Positions 40,081 through 48,855 of a stretch of 64,000 nt of DNA are shown in pieces. The first letter of the stretch is position 1, and every line of letters starts with the position of its first letter. Below the pieces are notes generated by a model that was given only the letters and a program-made list of their open reading frames with translations, was not told the DNA's origin and searched no databases. The stretch covers positions 47,874 to 111,873 of the forward strand of contig CAZCYV010000009.1 in the NCBI GenBank assembly GCA_964503145.1, given 5' to 3'. A program made the translations under genes and the position numbers. This DNA is from an uncultured Anaerolinea sp. (lineage in GTDB: Bacteria > Chloroflexota > Anaerolineae > Anaerolineales > UBA4823).

Positions 40081-40109
40081 ATTTTAGACCATAGTGGCAA
40101 AAAATGCAA
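40081..40109 (-). promoter_or_regulatory. sigma-70-like promoter (minus strand) for the 38990-39970 gene
   Basis: On the minus strand, TTGCAT (40109-40104), a 17-nt spacer, then TAAAAT (40086-40081), within a local AT-rich patch. Confidence 0.55.
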
Positions 40110-40222
40110 CTATTTTTTCAGATTGGCCTTTCGCGGCGCTCTTTTTTTACTGGCCGCTGGGGCTGTCGCCATGCTGGCTACATCTCATCGGGTGCAAGAC
40201 TCATGCCGATTATCCAAATCGC

Positions 40223-42553
40223 TCACGCGGCGTCGGCCATTTCGTCCACCACCACCTGATCCAGCGGGAACCGCTCCTCGCATTGCAGGCACTGGGCGTT
40301 CTGCTTGTCGGCGATCACCAGCAAGCCGCCGCATTCCGGGCAGGGGCGCGGCAAGGGCTGCTTCCAGGAGGTGAAATCACAATCGGGGTAATTAGCGCAG
40401 CCATAGAAGACGCGCCCTTTGCGCGTCTTGCGGATGACGATCTCGCCGCCATCCTTGGGGCAGGTCACGCCGATCTTCTCCAGCCAGGCTTCGGTGTAAC
40501 GGCAATCGGGGAAGTTGCTGCAACTAATGAACTTGCCATAGCGCCCCCAGCGGATCACCAGCTCGTGGCCGCACTCCGGGCACTCCCGTCCGATCGGCTC
40601 CGGGCCAACGTTGTGCTCGGGCATTTTCTCCTCGGCCGCAACCACCTTTTGGGAGAAGGGCTGGTAGAACTCGCGTATCACCTTCACCCAGTCTAGTTCG
40701 CCGGCGGCGATGCGGTCCAACTCGGCCTCCATCTGCGCGGTGAAGCCCACGTCCAGGATGTCCGGGAAGTGCTCGATGAGCAGGTCGTTGACCAGTACGC
40801 CGGTCTCGGTGGGCGTCAGGCGCTTGCCATCCCGCACCACATAGCCGCGCTGCTGCAGCGTCCCCAGGATCGGCGCGTAAGTGGACGGGCGGCCGATGCC
40901 GTATTCCTCCAGGGCGCGCACCAGCGTGGCTTCCGAATAGCGCGGCGGCGGCTGGGTAAAATGCTGTTCGGGCAGCAGCCGCTCCAGTTTCTGCGCCTGG
41001 CCTTCGCTCAGTTCGGCGGGGATGCGCGCCGTCTCCTCTTCCTCGCCCTTCTGATCCTCATCGCGGGCCTCCTCGTACACGATCAGGAAGCCGGGGAAGA
41101 CCACTACCGAACCCGAAGCGCGGAACAGATAGGTGTTGGCGCCGTGTACGCCGGCCACCTCCACCGAGAGCGTATCATACACCGCCGGCGCCATCTGCGA
41201 AGCGACGAAGCGCTGCCAGATGAGCTGATACAGCCGGAACTGGTCGCGGTTGAGGTGCTCTTTCAAGGCCTCCGGCTGGCGCAGCACCGAGGTAGGGCGG
41301 ATGGCTTCGTGGGCTTCCTGCGCGCCCACAGCTTTGGTCTTGTACTTCGGCGGCGTCTCGGGGACGAATTTGGCCCCGTAGCGCTCGCCGATGAACTGGC
41401 GCGCTTCGGCCTGCGCCAGCTCGGCCACGTTGGTCGAGTCGGTGCGCATATAGGTGATCAGGCCCACTGCGCCGCCCTGGCCGATGTCGATGCCTTCGTA
41501 GAGTTGCTGCGCCAGGGCCATCGTGCGCCGGGCGGTGTAACCCAGGCGGCGCGAGGCCTCCTGCTGCAGGGTGCTGGTGATGAATGGGGCGGCGGGATTA
41601 CGCCGCCGCTCGCCGCGCTTGATCCTGGCGATAGTATAGCTGGCGGCCTCCAGCTCCTCCAGGATCGGGCGCACCGCCTCCTCGCTCTCCAGCACCGGGT
41701 CGGCGTCGTTGATCTTCGCCAGGCGGGCGATGAACGTCTGCTGCTCGGCCGGGGGGCGACCGTTTTCGGGGCGGAACTCGGCGGCGATGGTCCAGTATTC
41801 TTGCGGTGTGAAGGCCTCGATTTCGCGCTCGCGCTCGACGACCAGCCGCAGCGCCACCGATTGCACCCGCCCCGCCGACAGGCGGCTGCGTACCTTGCGC
41901 CACAGCAGCGGGCTGAGGTTGTAGCCCACCAGGCGGTCGAGCACCCGCCGCGCCTGCTGCGCATCCACCAGCGCCATATCGATGCCCCGCGAATGCGAGA
42001 AGGCCTCGGCAATCGCCGGCTCGGTGATCTCGTGGAAGACCACCCGCCGGGTCACCTTGGGGTCGATGCGCGCCGATTCCATCAGGTGCCAGGCAATCGC
42101 CTCGCCTTCGCGGTCGGGGTCGGTGGCCAGGTAAACCTCGGCGGCCTGGTCGGCCAGGCTCTTGATCTCTTTCACCACGGCGCGCTTTTCATTCGGCACG
42201 CGGTATTTGGGGGCGAAATCGTTGTCCACATCCACCGATAGCTGCGAGCGCAGCAGATCGCGCACATGTCCCACCGAGGCTTTGACCGTGTAATCCTTGC
42301 CCAGGAAGCGCCCCACGGTGCGCGCCTTGGCCGGCGATTCGACGATCACCAGCTTGCCGGAGCGTTTCTTGCCGCGCTCGTCCGGGCTAGGCGGCGTCAG
42401 CCCTTCATGCGCTTCGGTGCGCCCCATGCGGAACAGGGTCGTGCCGCAGACCGGGCAGGCGCCGCGGGTGGCCGGCGCCCCGCTCTGGGTGAACACCGCC
42501 TGAGGATCGACGATTTCGCGCTTGGTTTTGCATTTCACACAGTAAGCTTCCAC
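40223..42553 (-). CDS. topA: DNA topoisomerase I with an extra N-terminal zinc ribbon and three C-terminal zinc ribbons
   Basis: Toprim LVIVESPAKA and active-site LITYMRTDS. C-terminal CPECG...C..FPDC repeats. The N-terminus is CVKCKTK...CPVCGTTLFRMG. Confidence 0.93.
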   Translation of the reverse strand: MEAYCVKCKTKREIVDPQAVFTQSGAPATRGACPVCGTTLFRMGRTEAHEGLTPPSPDERGKKRSGKLVIVESPAKARTVGRFLGKDYTVKASVGHVRDLLRSQLSVDVDNDFAPKYRVPNEKRAVVKEIKSLADQAAEVYLATDPDREGEAIAWHLMESARIDPKVTRRVVFHEITEPAIAEAFSHSRGIDMALVDAQQARRVLDRLVGYNLSPLLWRKVRSRLSAGRVQSVALRLVVEREREIEAFTPQEYWTIAAEFRPENGRPPAEQQTFIARLAKINDADPVLESEEAVRPILEELEAASYTIARIKRGERRRNPAAPFITSTLQQEASRRLGYTARRTMALAQQLYEGIDIGQGGAVGLITYMRTDSTNVAELAQAEARQFIGERYGAKFVPETPPKYKTKAVGAQEAHEAIRPTSVLRQPEALKEHLNRDQFRLYQLIWQRFVASQMAPAVYDTLSVEVAGVHGANTYLFRASGSVVVFPGFLIVYEEARDEDQKGEEEETARIPAELSEGQAQKLERLLPEQHFTQPPPRYSEATLVRALEEYGIGRPSTYAPILGTLQQRGYVVRDGKRLTPTETGVLVNDLLIEHFPDILDVGFTAQMEAELDRIAAGELDWVKVIREFYQPFSQKVVAAEEKMPEHNVGPEPIGRECPECGHELVIRWGRYGKFISCSNFPDCRYTEAWLEKIGVTCPKDGGEIVIRKTRKGRVFYGCANYPDCDFTSWKQPLPRPCPECGGLLVIADKQNAQCLQCEERFPLDQVVVDEMADAA

Positions 42554-42564
42554 TGAGATACCTC

Positions 42565-43677
42565 CTAGGTCGAGTAGTCGGCCTTTGGTTCGAAGACCGC
42601 CACATAGTTCATCCCGCCCACCTGGCGCACCAGCCCCTTCAGCTCCATCAGCGTCAGCGCCGCCGAGACCTGCTCGATGGACATTTCCGCCCGGGCGCGG
42701 ATTTCGTCCACATGCACCGGTTCGTGCCCCAGGATTGCGTATAGCTTAGCCTCGGTGGCGTCCCCTGGCAGGACGGCGCGCGCTGCTTGCTGCTGGCTCA
42801 CCTGGTTCAGGCCGAGCCGCGTCAGCAGGTCGGACACATTCAAGAAGATTTGCGCCCCTTCGGCGATCAGGCGGTTGGTGCCCTTGCTCTGTGGGGCATA
42901 GATGCTCCCCGGCACGGCGAACACCGGCCGCCCCTGCTCGCTGGCAAAGTTGGCCGTGATCAGCGCGCCGCTGCTCTCCCCGGCTTCGACCACCACCACC
43001 GCCTGCGACAGGCCAGAGATGATACGGTTGCGCGGCGGGAAATTGACCGCTTCGGGCGGCGTGCCGGGCGGGTAATCGCTCACCAGCGCCCCCTGCTGGC
43101 ATAGTTGCTCCGCCAGGCGGCGATGTTCGGGCGGATAGACGATATCCACGCCGTTGCCCAGCACCGCCAGCGTCCTGCCCCCGGCTTTCAGCGCCGCCTG
43201 GTGCGCGGCGGCGTCGATGCCCCGCGCCAGCCCGCTCACCACGCTGACGCCGCGCTGCGCCAGGGCTGCCGCCAGCTCGCCGGCCACCTGGCGGCCGTAG
43301 GCCGTCGCCCGTCGCGTCCCCACGATGGCGATGCACCACTGATCCGCTTCGCTGATCTCGCCGCGCAGGTACAGCACCGGCGGCGGCTGGTCGATCTCCT
43401 TCAGGCGGCGCGGGTAGGCGGGGTCCTCCCAGGTCAGCACGCGGATGTCCTGACGCTGAACGGCCTCCCACATTTGCTCATCCACGCCCTCCTGGCGCGC
43501 CTTCACCACGCCTTCAACCAGCCGGGCGCTCAGCCCGGCGGCCTCCAGCTCCTCCGGCGTCGCCTCCCAGGCGGTCTGCGCGTCGCCGAAATACGCCAGC
43601 AGGGCGCGCATCCTGGCGGAGCCGATGCCGCGCACCAGGTTGAAGGCAATCCAGTAGCGCAGGGTTTCGTCTTGCAT
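42565..43677 (-). CDS. dprA: DNA-processing protein DprA/Smf
   Basis: SGLARGIDAAAHQAAL, a Rossmann-like core and a C-terminal winged-helix tail; 370 aa. Confidence 0.88.
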   Translation of the reverse strand: MQDETLRYWIAFNLVRGIGSARMRALLAYFGDAQTAWEATPEELEAAGLSARLVEGVVKARQEGVDEQMWEAVQRQDIRVLTWEDPAYPRRLKEIDQPPPVLYLRGEISEADQWCIAIVGTRRATAYGRQVAGELAAALAQRGVSVVSGLARGIDAAAHQAALKAGGRTLAVLGNGVDIVYPPEHRRLAEQLCQQGALVSDYPPGTPPEAVNFPPRNRIISGLSQAVVVVEAGESSGALITANFASEQGRPVFAVPGSIYAPQSKGTNRLIAEGAQIFLNVSDLLTRLGLNQVSQQQAARAVLPGDATEAKLYAILGHEPVHVDEIRARAEMSIEQVSAALTLMELKGLVRQVGGMNYVAVFEPKADYST

Positions 43678-43698
43678 GTGAGTCTGGTTTGGATGGGG

Positions 43699-44229
43699 TC
43701 AGATCAATCCAGGCAGCAGGTGGGCGCGGATCAGCCGGTTTTCCAGGTCGATCTCCTGGATGACCGACTGGATGGCGGGCAGCAGGATTTCGCCGCCCTC
43801 GCCGCGCACTACGTACACGTCATTGGCCGCGGTGCTCAGGATTTCGTGAACCGTTCCCAGCTCCTGGCCTTCGTCGCTGACCACGCGCAGCCCCAACAAC
43901 TGGTGGTGATAGTACTCTCCCTCGGGCAAAGGGGGGCGGTCGGCGGCGGTGACGTACACCAGGGCGTTGCGCAGCGCGCCCACCGCTTCAGGGGTGTCGT
44001 AGCCCTCGAAGGCCAGCAACAGCCCCTTGCCGTGCGTCCGGCGGCTGCGGATGCGCAGGCGTTGGCGCTGCTCGCCGACATACACGCTCACCCCGCGCGC
44101 CAGGCGCTCCGGGAAGTCGGTGATCACCTCCAGCAGCATTTCGCCGCGCACCCCGTGCGGATGGCGCAGCTTGCCGACCACCAAGAATTCAGGCTCACCG
44201 ACCGGCGGCGAGCCTGCTCCCTGCTCCAT
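43699..44229 (-). CDS. rimM: 16S rRNA processing protein RimM
   Basis: The start is taken at MEQGAG (ATG 44229). VVGKLRHPHGVRGEML and a PRC-barrel C-terminus. Context is rpsP-KH-rimM. Confidence 0.85.
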   Translation of the reverse strand: MEQGAGSPPVGEPEFLVVGKLRHPHGVRGEMLLEVITDFPERLARGVSVYVGEQRQRLRIRSRRTHGKGLLLAFEGYDTPEAVGALRNALVYVTAADRPPLPEGEYYHHQLLGLRVVSDEGQELGTVHEILSTAANDVYVVRGEGGEILLPAIQSVIQEIDLENRLIRAHLLPGLI

Positions 44230-44278
44230 TGACCTGTTTTTATTCACTCTGGGTGTGCTCACGGAGCCGCAGCGGCGA

Positions 44279-44515
44279 TCAATCCGGCTCGACGATATCC
44301 AGGGTGACGCGCTTGCCTTCCTGGGCGGCGGCCACGCGCAGCAGGGTGCGAATCGCCCCGGCGACGCGCCCGCTCTTGCCAATGATCCGCCCCATATCCT
44401 CTTTGGCCACCTGCAGGCTCAGGATCACCTGCGCCCCGCGGCGGTACTGGGTGACGCGGACCTGGGTCGGGTCATCCACCAGGGAGCGGGCGATGAATTC
44501 TACCAGCTCTTGCAC
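44279..44515 (-). CDS. KH-domain RNA-binding protein (YlqC/UPF0109 family)
   Basis: 78 aa with GRIIGKSGRVAGAIRTLL. Confidence 0.85.
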   Translation of the reverse strand: MQELVEFIARSLVDDPTQVRVTQYRRGAQVILSLQVAKEDMGRIIGKSGRVAGAIRTLLRVAAAQEGKRVTLDIVEPD

Positions 44516-44575
44516 AGCTCACCTCCCAAGAAAGCCCGTGTCCGGGCTCTGGATCAGCTTCGCCGCTCGGGGTGT

Positions 44576-44929
44576 CTATTTCCGGGCGGTGCGTTCGGTT
44601 TTGGGGTTGACGTTGCGCGCCGCCTCGGCTGCGCTGGCCTCGGCCAGCAGGGTCTGCAGGTCTTCACCCTTCTTGAAGCGCTCGTAACGTTCGAGGGTGC
44701 CGGCGCTGCGGAAGATCTTCACTACCGATTCGCTGGGCTGGGCGCCTTTGCTCAGCCAGTCGAACACGCGATCCTCTTTGATCTGGATCGTCGCCGGTTC
44801 GGTGCGCGGGTTGTACATGCCCAGGATTTCCAGGAAACGCCCATCTCGCTGGGCTTCTTTGTCCGCCGCTACGATGCGGTAGCTGGGCTGCCCCTTTAAT
44901 CCCGTTCTGCGTAGTCTTAAACGTACCAT
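44576..44929 (-). CDS. rpsP: 30S ribosomal protein S16 (with a C-terminal extension)
   Basis: MVRLRLRRTGLKGQPSYRIVAADKEAQRDGRFLEILGMYNP. Confidence 0.92.
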   Translation of the reverse strand: MVRLRLRRTGLKGQPSYRIVAADKEAQRDGRFLEILGMYNPRTEPATIQIKEDRVFDWLSKGAQPSESVVKIFRSAGTLERYERFKKGEDLQTLLAEASAAEAARNVNPKTERTARK

Positions 44930-44974
44930 GAAACTGATCTCCTTACGAAACTGAGTTCACGAAATTTAGTCCGA

Positions 44975-46297
44975 TCATCCAAACATCCGCGGCAACCCGC
45001 GCATGCCAGATTTCTTCAGGGTCTTGAACAGCTTCTGCGCCTCGCGGAACTGCTTCAGCATGCGGTTCACGTCTTGCACTTCGGTGCCCGAACCGCGGGC
45101 GATGCGCCGACGGCGCGAAGCGTTCAGGATGTCCGGCCGACGGCGTTCCTCGCGGGTCATCGAGTTGATGATCGCCTCGGTCAGCTTGAGTTGCCTCTCG
45201 GCGTCTTGCGGCGAGATCTGCCGCGCCATCTGCCCCAGGCCGCCAGGGAGCATCTCCAGGATCTGCCCCAGGGGGCCCATCTTGCGCAACTGGCGCAACT
45301 GGTCGGCGAAATCCTGCAGGGTGAATTCGCCGGACATCATCTTCTCGGCCTGCTCGCGGGCCACCTTTTCGTCGTAGGCGGCCTCGGCGCGCTCGATCAG
45401 GCCCAGGATGTCGCCCATCCCCAGGATGCGCCCGGCCAGGCGCTGGGGATCGTAGGCCTCGATGGCGTCCAGCGCTTCGCCGGTGCCCAGGAACTTGATC
45501 GGCACGCCGGTCACCGAGCGGATCGAGATCGCCGCGCCGCCGCGGGCGTCGCCTTCGATCTTGGTCAGAAACAGTCCGGTGAGCGGCACCACTTCACGGA
45601 AGCCTTTGGCGATGTTCACCGCCTCCTGGCCGATCATCGAGTCCACCACCAGCAGCACTTCTGCCGGGTTGACCTTGCTCTGGATGGCGCGCAGCTCGTC
45701 CATCAGCGCCTGGTCGAGCTGGGAGCGGCCGGCGGTGTCCAGGATGACCACGCTGTAGCCGCCTTTTTGCGCCTGCTCCACCGCCCGACGCGCCAGATCG
45801 GGCGGCTTCACCCCTGGCTCGTACACCACGGGCACGTTGAGGCGCTCGCCCAGCGTCTCCAACTGGCGCACGGCCGCCGGACGGTAGGGGTCGCACGCCA
45901 CCAGCATCACCCGCTCGCCCTGTGAGCGCAGCAACCGCGCCAGCTTGCCGGCGGCGGTGGTCTTGCCCGAGCCTTGCAGCCCCACCAGCATCAGGGTGCG
46001 CGGTCGCGGCCCGCTCAGGTTCAGCCGCTCCGCCGGGCCGAGCGTCTGGATCAGTTCCTCGTGGACGATCTTCACCACCTGCTGGCCCGGGTTGAGCGCC
46101 TTCGAGACCTCCTGCCCCACGGCGCGCTCGCGCACCCGCCCGACGAAATCCTTTACCACGCCGTAATTGACGTCGGCTTCCAGCAGCGCCAGGCGCACCT
46201 CGCGCATCGCCGCGTCGACATCCGACTCGGACAGCTTGCCGCGTCGACGCAGGCCGTTGAAGACATCTTCCAGGCGTTGGGTCAAGTTCTCAAACAC
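44975..46297 (-). CDS. ffh: signal recognition particle protein Ffh
   Basis: GLQGSGKTTAAGKLA, DTAGR and a Met-rich M domain; 440 aa. Confidence 0.93.
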   Translation of the reverse strand: MFENLTQRLEDVFNGLRRRGKLSESDVDAAMREVRLALLEADVNYGVVKDFVGRVRERAVGQEVSKALNPGQQVVKIVHEELIQTLGPAERLNLSGPRPRTLMLVGLQGSGKTTAAGKLARLLRSQGERVMLVACDPYRPAAVRQLETLGERLNVPVVYEPGVKPPDLARRAVEQAQKGGYSVVILDTAGRSQLDQALMDELRAIQSKVNPAEVLLVVDSMIGQEAVNIAKGFREVVPLTGLFLTKIEGDARGGAAISIRSVTGVPIKFLGTGEALDAIEAYDPQRLAGRILGMGDILGLIERAEAAYDEKVAREQAEKMMSGEFTLQDFADQLRQLRKMGPLGQILEMLPGGLGQMARQISPQDAERQLKLTEAIINSMTREERRRPDILNASRRRRIARGSGTEVQDVNRMLKQFREAQKLFKTLKKSGMRGLPRMFG

Positions 46298-46568
46298 GAA
46301 ACTGAATTTTAGCCTGTAAGCCGCGTTCGGTCAAGGTTTTTAACAAACCATATTAGATGAAACGCTCGCAGTCAACGGCGGCATCTGGCATGTCTGCGCT
46401 TATGCCGAGCGCAGCCGGAGCATACGCACAGCCGAGGTCCGGCGCCTTTCGGCTGCGCAGAGAACGCTCCGTTCAGGGTGCCGGGCGTAACTATTCCCTT
46501 GTAGAAGTGTTCTGTGTTTGGAACGATAAGATCAATCGAAATCCGCAATTCCGCCCGGAGGAAACCAT

Positions 46569-47417
46569 ATGCCCAAAGTTGCCCTGGTGACCGATAGCAC
46601 TTCTTATATCCCCCCAGAGTATATCCGCCAATACGATATCAGCGTTGCTCCCCAAATCTTGATCTGGGGCGAGGAGACTTTTCAAGACGGCGTGGACATT
46701 CAGCCCGATGAGTTCTACACTCGCCTGAAGACGGCCAGGATCATGCCCTCCACCTCCCAGGCCACGCCCGGTACCTTCCATAAGATCTTTAGCAACCTGC
46801 TGGAACAGGATTATCAGGTGCTGGCCATCTTGATCTCCGAGAAGCTCTCCGGCACCATCGCCTCGGCGATCCAGGCGCGCGAAAACTTCCCCGGCGCGCC
46901 GATCGAGATCGTCGATTCGTACACCACCGCCATGGCGATGGGCTTCCAGGTGCTCAGCGTCGCCCGCGCTGCTGCCGAGGGCGCCACGCTGGCCGAGTGC
47001 AAGGCGCTGGCCGAAGAGGCCCGCAAGCACACCGGCGTGGTCTTCGCTGTGGATACGCTGGAATTCCTGCATCGCGGCGGGCGCATCGGCGGCGGCAGCC
47101 GCTTCCTGGGCACAGCCTTGAACATCAAGCCCATCCTGGAAGTGGTCAACGGGCGCGTCGAAGCGGTCGAGCGCGTGCGCACGCGCCAGAAATCTTTGGA
47201 TCGCCTGCTGGACCTGGTGCAGGAGCGCATCGCCGGCCGCACGCCGGTGCGCCTGGCCACGCTCCACGCCCAGGCGCCCGAAGAAGCCCAGAAGTTGCTG
47301 GAGATGGGCGGCAAACGCTTCGACGCTATCGAGAGCATTTTCTCCGAGGTCAGCCCGGTGGTGGGCACCCACGCCGGCCCCGGCACCGTCGGCCTGGCCT
47401 TCATGGCCGGGATGTAG
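46569..47417 (+). CDS. DegV-family fatty-acid-binding protein
   Basis: VALVTDSTSYIP..., 282 aa, with a GGAGGAAACC RBS. Confidence 0.88.
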   Translation: MPKVALVTDSTSYIPPEYIRQYDISVAPQILIWGEETFQDGVDIQPDEFYTRLKTARIMPSTSQATPGTFHKIFSNLLEQDYQVLAILISEKLSGTIASAIQARENFPGAPIEIVDSYTTAMAMGFQVLSVARAAAEGATLAECKALAEEARKHTGVVFAVDTLEFLHRGGRIGGGSRFLGTALNIKPILEVVNGRVEAVERVRTRQKSLDRLLDLVQERIAGRTPVRLATLHAQAPEEAQKLLEMGGKRFDAIESIFSEVSPVVGTHAGPGTVGLAFMAGM

Positions 47418-47433
47418 CCAGTTTTAAGTTACA

Positions 47434-47478
47434 ATAGAGGGGCTGTTGGATGCTGCCTGCATCCCGCAGCCCCTCTAT
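47434..47478 (+). terminator. compound hairpin followed by a T-rich tract, downstream of degV
   Basis: ATAGAGGGGCTG-tt-GGATGC-tgcct-GCATCC-cg-CAGCCCCTCTAT, then TTTCAATT. Confidence 0.65.
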
Positions 47479-47561
47479 TTCAATTCTGCCCACCGGCGCA
47501 GCGGCGGAAAAACAACCCAAACGTGCTGCGTCCTGAATGCGCCGGAGGCGAACCTGATGGT

Positions 47562-48395
47562 ATGCCCGATTTTCCCACGCTCACCTTCCTGCCGGTCGAG
47601 TGTCTGCTCATCCACGAGCGGCACGACGACCAGCGCGCCTATCCCTTGATCCTGCGCATCCGCGCCAGCGGTGTGTTCCGCAATCCGCCGATCGTCTCGC
47701 CGCTGGGCGATGGCAGTGGGTGTTACATGGTGCTGGATGGCGCCAATCGCGTCACCGCCCTGCGCCAGATGGGCTTCCCGCACGCTCTGGTGCAGGTGGT
47801 GCAGCCGGATGATCCGGGCCTGACCTTGCAGACCTGGAACCATGTCGTCTGGGAGATGAACGCCGCTCGCTTCATGAACCATCTGCGCCGCATCCCTGGC
47901 CTGCGCCTGGCGCCCTTGCAGGTTGCTGACGTTCAGCCGAACCTGGAGCAGGAGTGTGGGCTGGCGCAGGTGGTCAGCGCCCGCGGCCGCTCCTACGCCG
48001 TCTGCGCCCCCGCCTCTGACCTGGAGGCGCGCGTCCACCTGCTGAATGAGCTGGTGGACAGCTACAAAGACCGGGCGCGCTTCGACCGCACCAGCCTGCG
48101 CGACGCCCGCCAGTTGCTCGAAATCTACCCCTCCTTCTGTGGCCTGGTGATCTTCCCCAGCTTCGAGATCGACGATCTGCTGCGCCTGGCAGGGCGGGGC
48201 TACCTGCTGCCGGCGGGCGTCACCCGCTTCACGATCTCGCCTCGCGCCCTGCACCTGGACTATCCCCTGGAGGAACTGGCGGCAGACAAGCCGTTGCAGG
48301 ACAAGAACCAGGCCCTGCACCGCTGGATTCAACAGCGCCTGGCGCATAAAGGGGTGCGCTACTACGCCGAGGCCACCTACCTTTTCGACGAATGA
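47562..48395 (+). CDS. ParB/Srx-fold N-terminal-domain protein of unknown function
   Basis: LLIHERHDD...GVFRNPPIVSPL...YMVLDGANRVTALRQMG aligns by eye with the ParB N-domain pattern (xxPxxxR...IxAGERRxRA). The start is ATG 47562 or GTG 47523; both have weak RBS spacing. Confidence 0.5.
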   Translation: MPDFPTLTFLPVECLLIHERHDDQRAYPLILRIRASGVFRNPPIVSPLGDGSGCYMVLDGANRVTALRQMGFPHALVQVVQPDDPGLTLQTWNHVVWEMNAARFMNHLRRIPGLRLAPLQVADVQPNLEQECGLAQVVSARGRSYAVCAPASDLEARVHLLNELVDSYKDRARFDRTSLRDARQLLEIYPSFCGLVIFPSFEIDDLLRLAGRGYLLPAGVTRFTISPRALHLDYPLEELAADKPLQDKNQALHRWIQQRLAHKGVRYYAEATYLFDE

Positions 48396-48459
48396 CGACC
48401 CCTAAGGGGCGTGGAGCGAAGCACACATCCTCAATATCCCTGAATGACCCCGGAGTTTT

Positions 48460-48855
48460 ATGGACATCTTCTTTGCCGATCCATCGGAAGTACCCTTGCC
48501 GCCCGACGAGGTGCGCATCCGTGAGTTGAACGTGGAAGTTTCCCCCGAGGGGAAGCGCCTGCGCGTCTATCTGGAGGTCGATCCCTTTCAGCGGCGGCCC
48601 AACGCCGAGCTGGCCTTGTTCGATCGGGATGGCCGCGAGGTCTCCAGCGTGAGCATCATCGAGAGCATGACCCGCAAGATGGAGCTGGTGATGCACGTGC
48701 GCGACGCTGCCCCCGGCGCCTGCACCTTGCAGGCGACGCTGTACTACGCCTCGCTGCCCGAATCCGCCGCCAGCCCCGAGGAAGCGGCCGGCTCGCTCGA
48801 GATCGAGCGCCATATCGTCGACGCACGCCAGGTGGCCTTCGAGATCCCTGCATGA
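48460..48855 (+). CDS. hypothetical protein (131 aa), translationally coupled to the ABC exporter
   Basis: GGAG RBS 4 nt before the ATG. Its stop overlaps the ABC-1 start (ATGA at 48852-48855). No family recognised. Confidence 0.5.
   Translation: MDIFFADPSEVPLPPDEVRIRELNVEVSPEGKRLRVYLEVDPFQRRPNAELALFDRDGREVSSVSIIESMTRKMELVMHVRDAAPGACTLQATLYYASLPESAASPEEAAGSLEIERHIVDARQVAFEIPA

Noticed and set aside
46298-46568. Possible ncRNA (e.g. SRP RNA) in the ffh-degV divergent intergenic region
   Set aside because: There is only a 9-bp stem (GCGCAGCCG...CGGCTGCGC) with a long loop. I saw no recognisable SRP RNA domain-IV motif. The region is more simply two divergent promoters.
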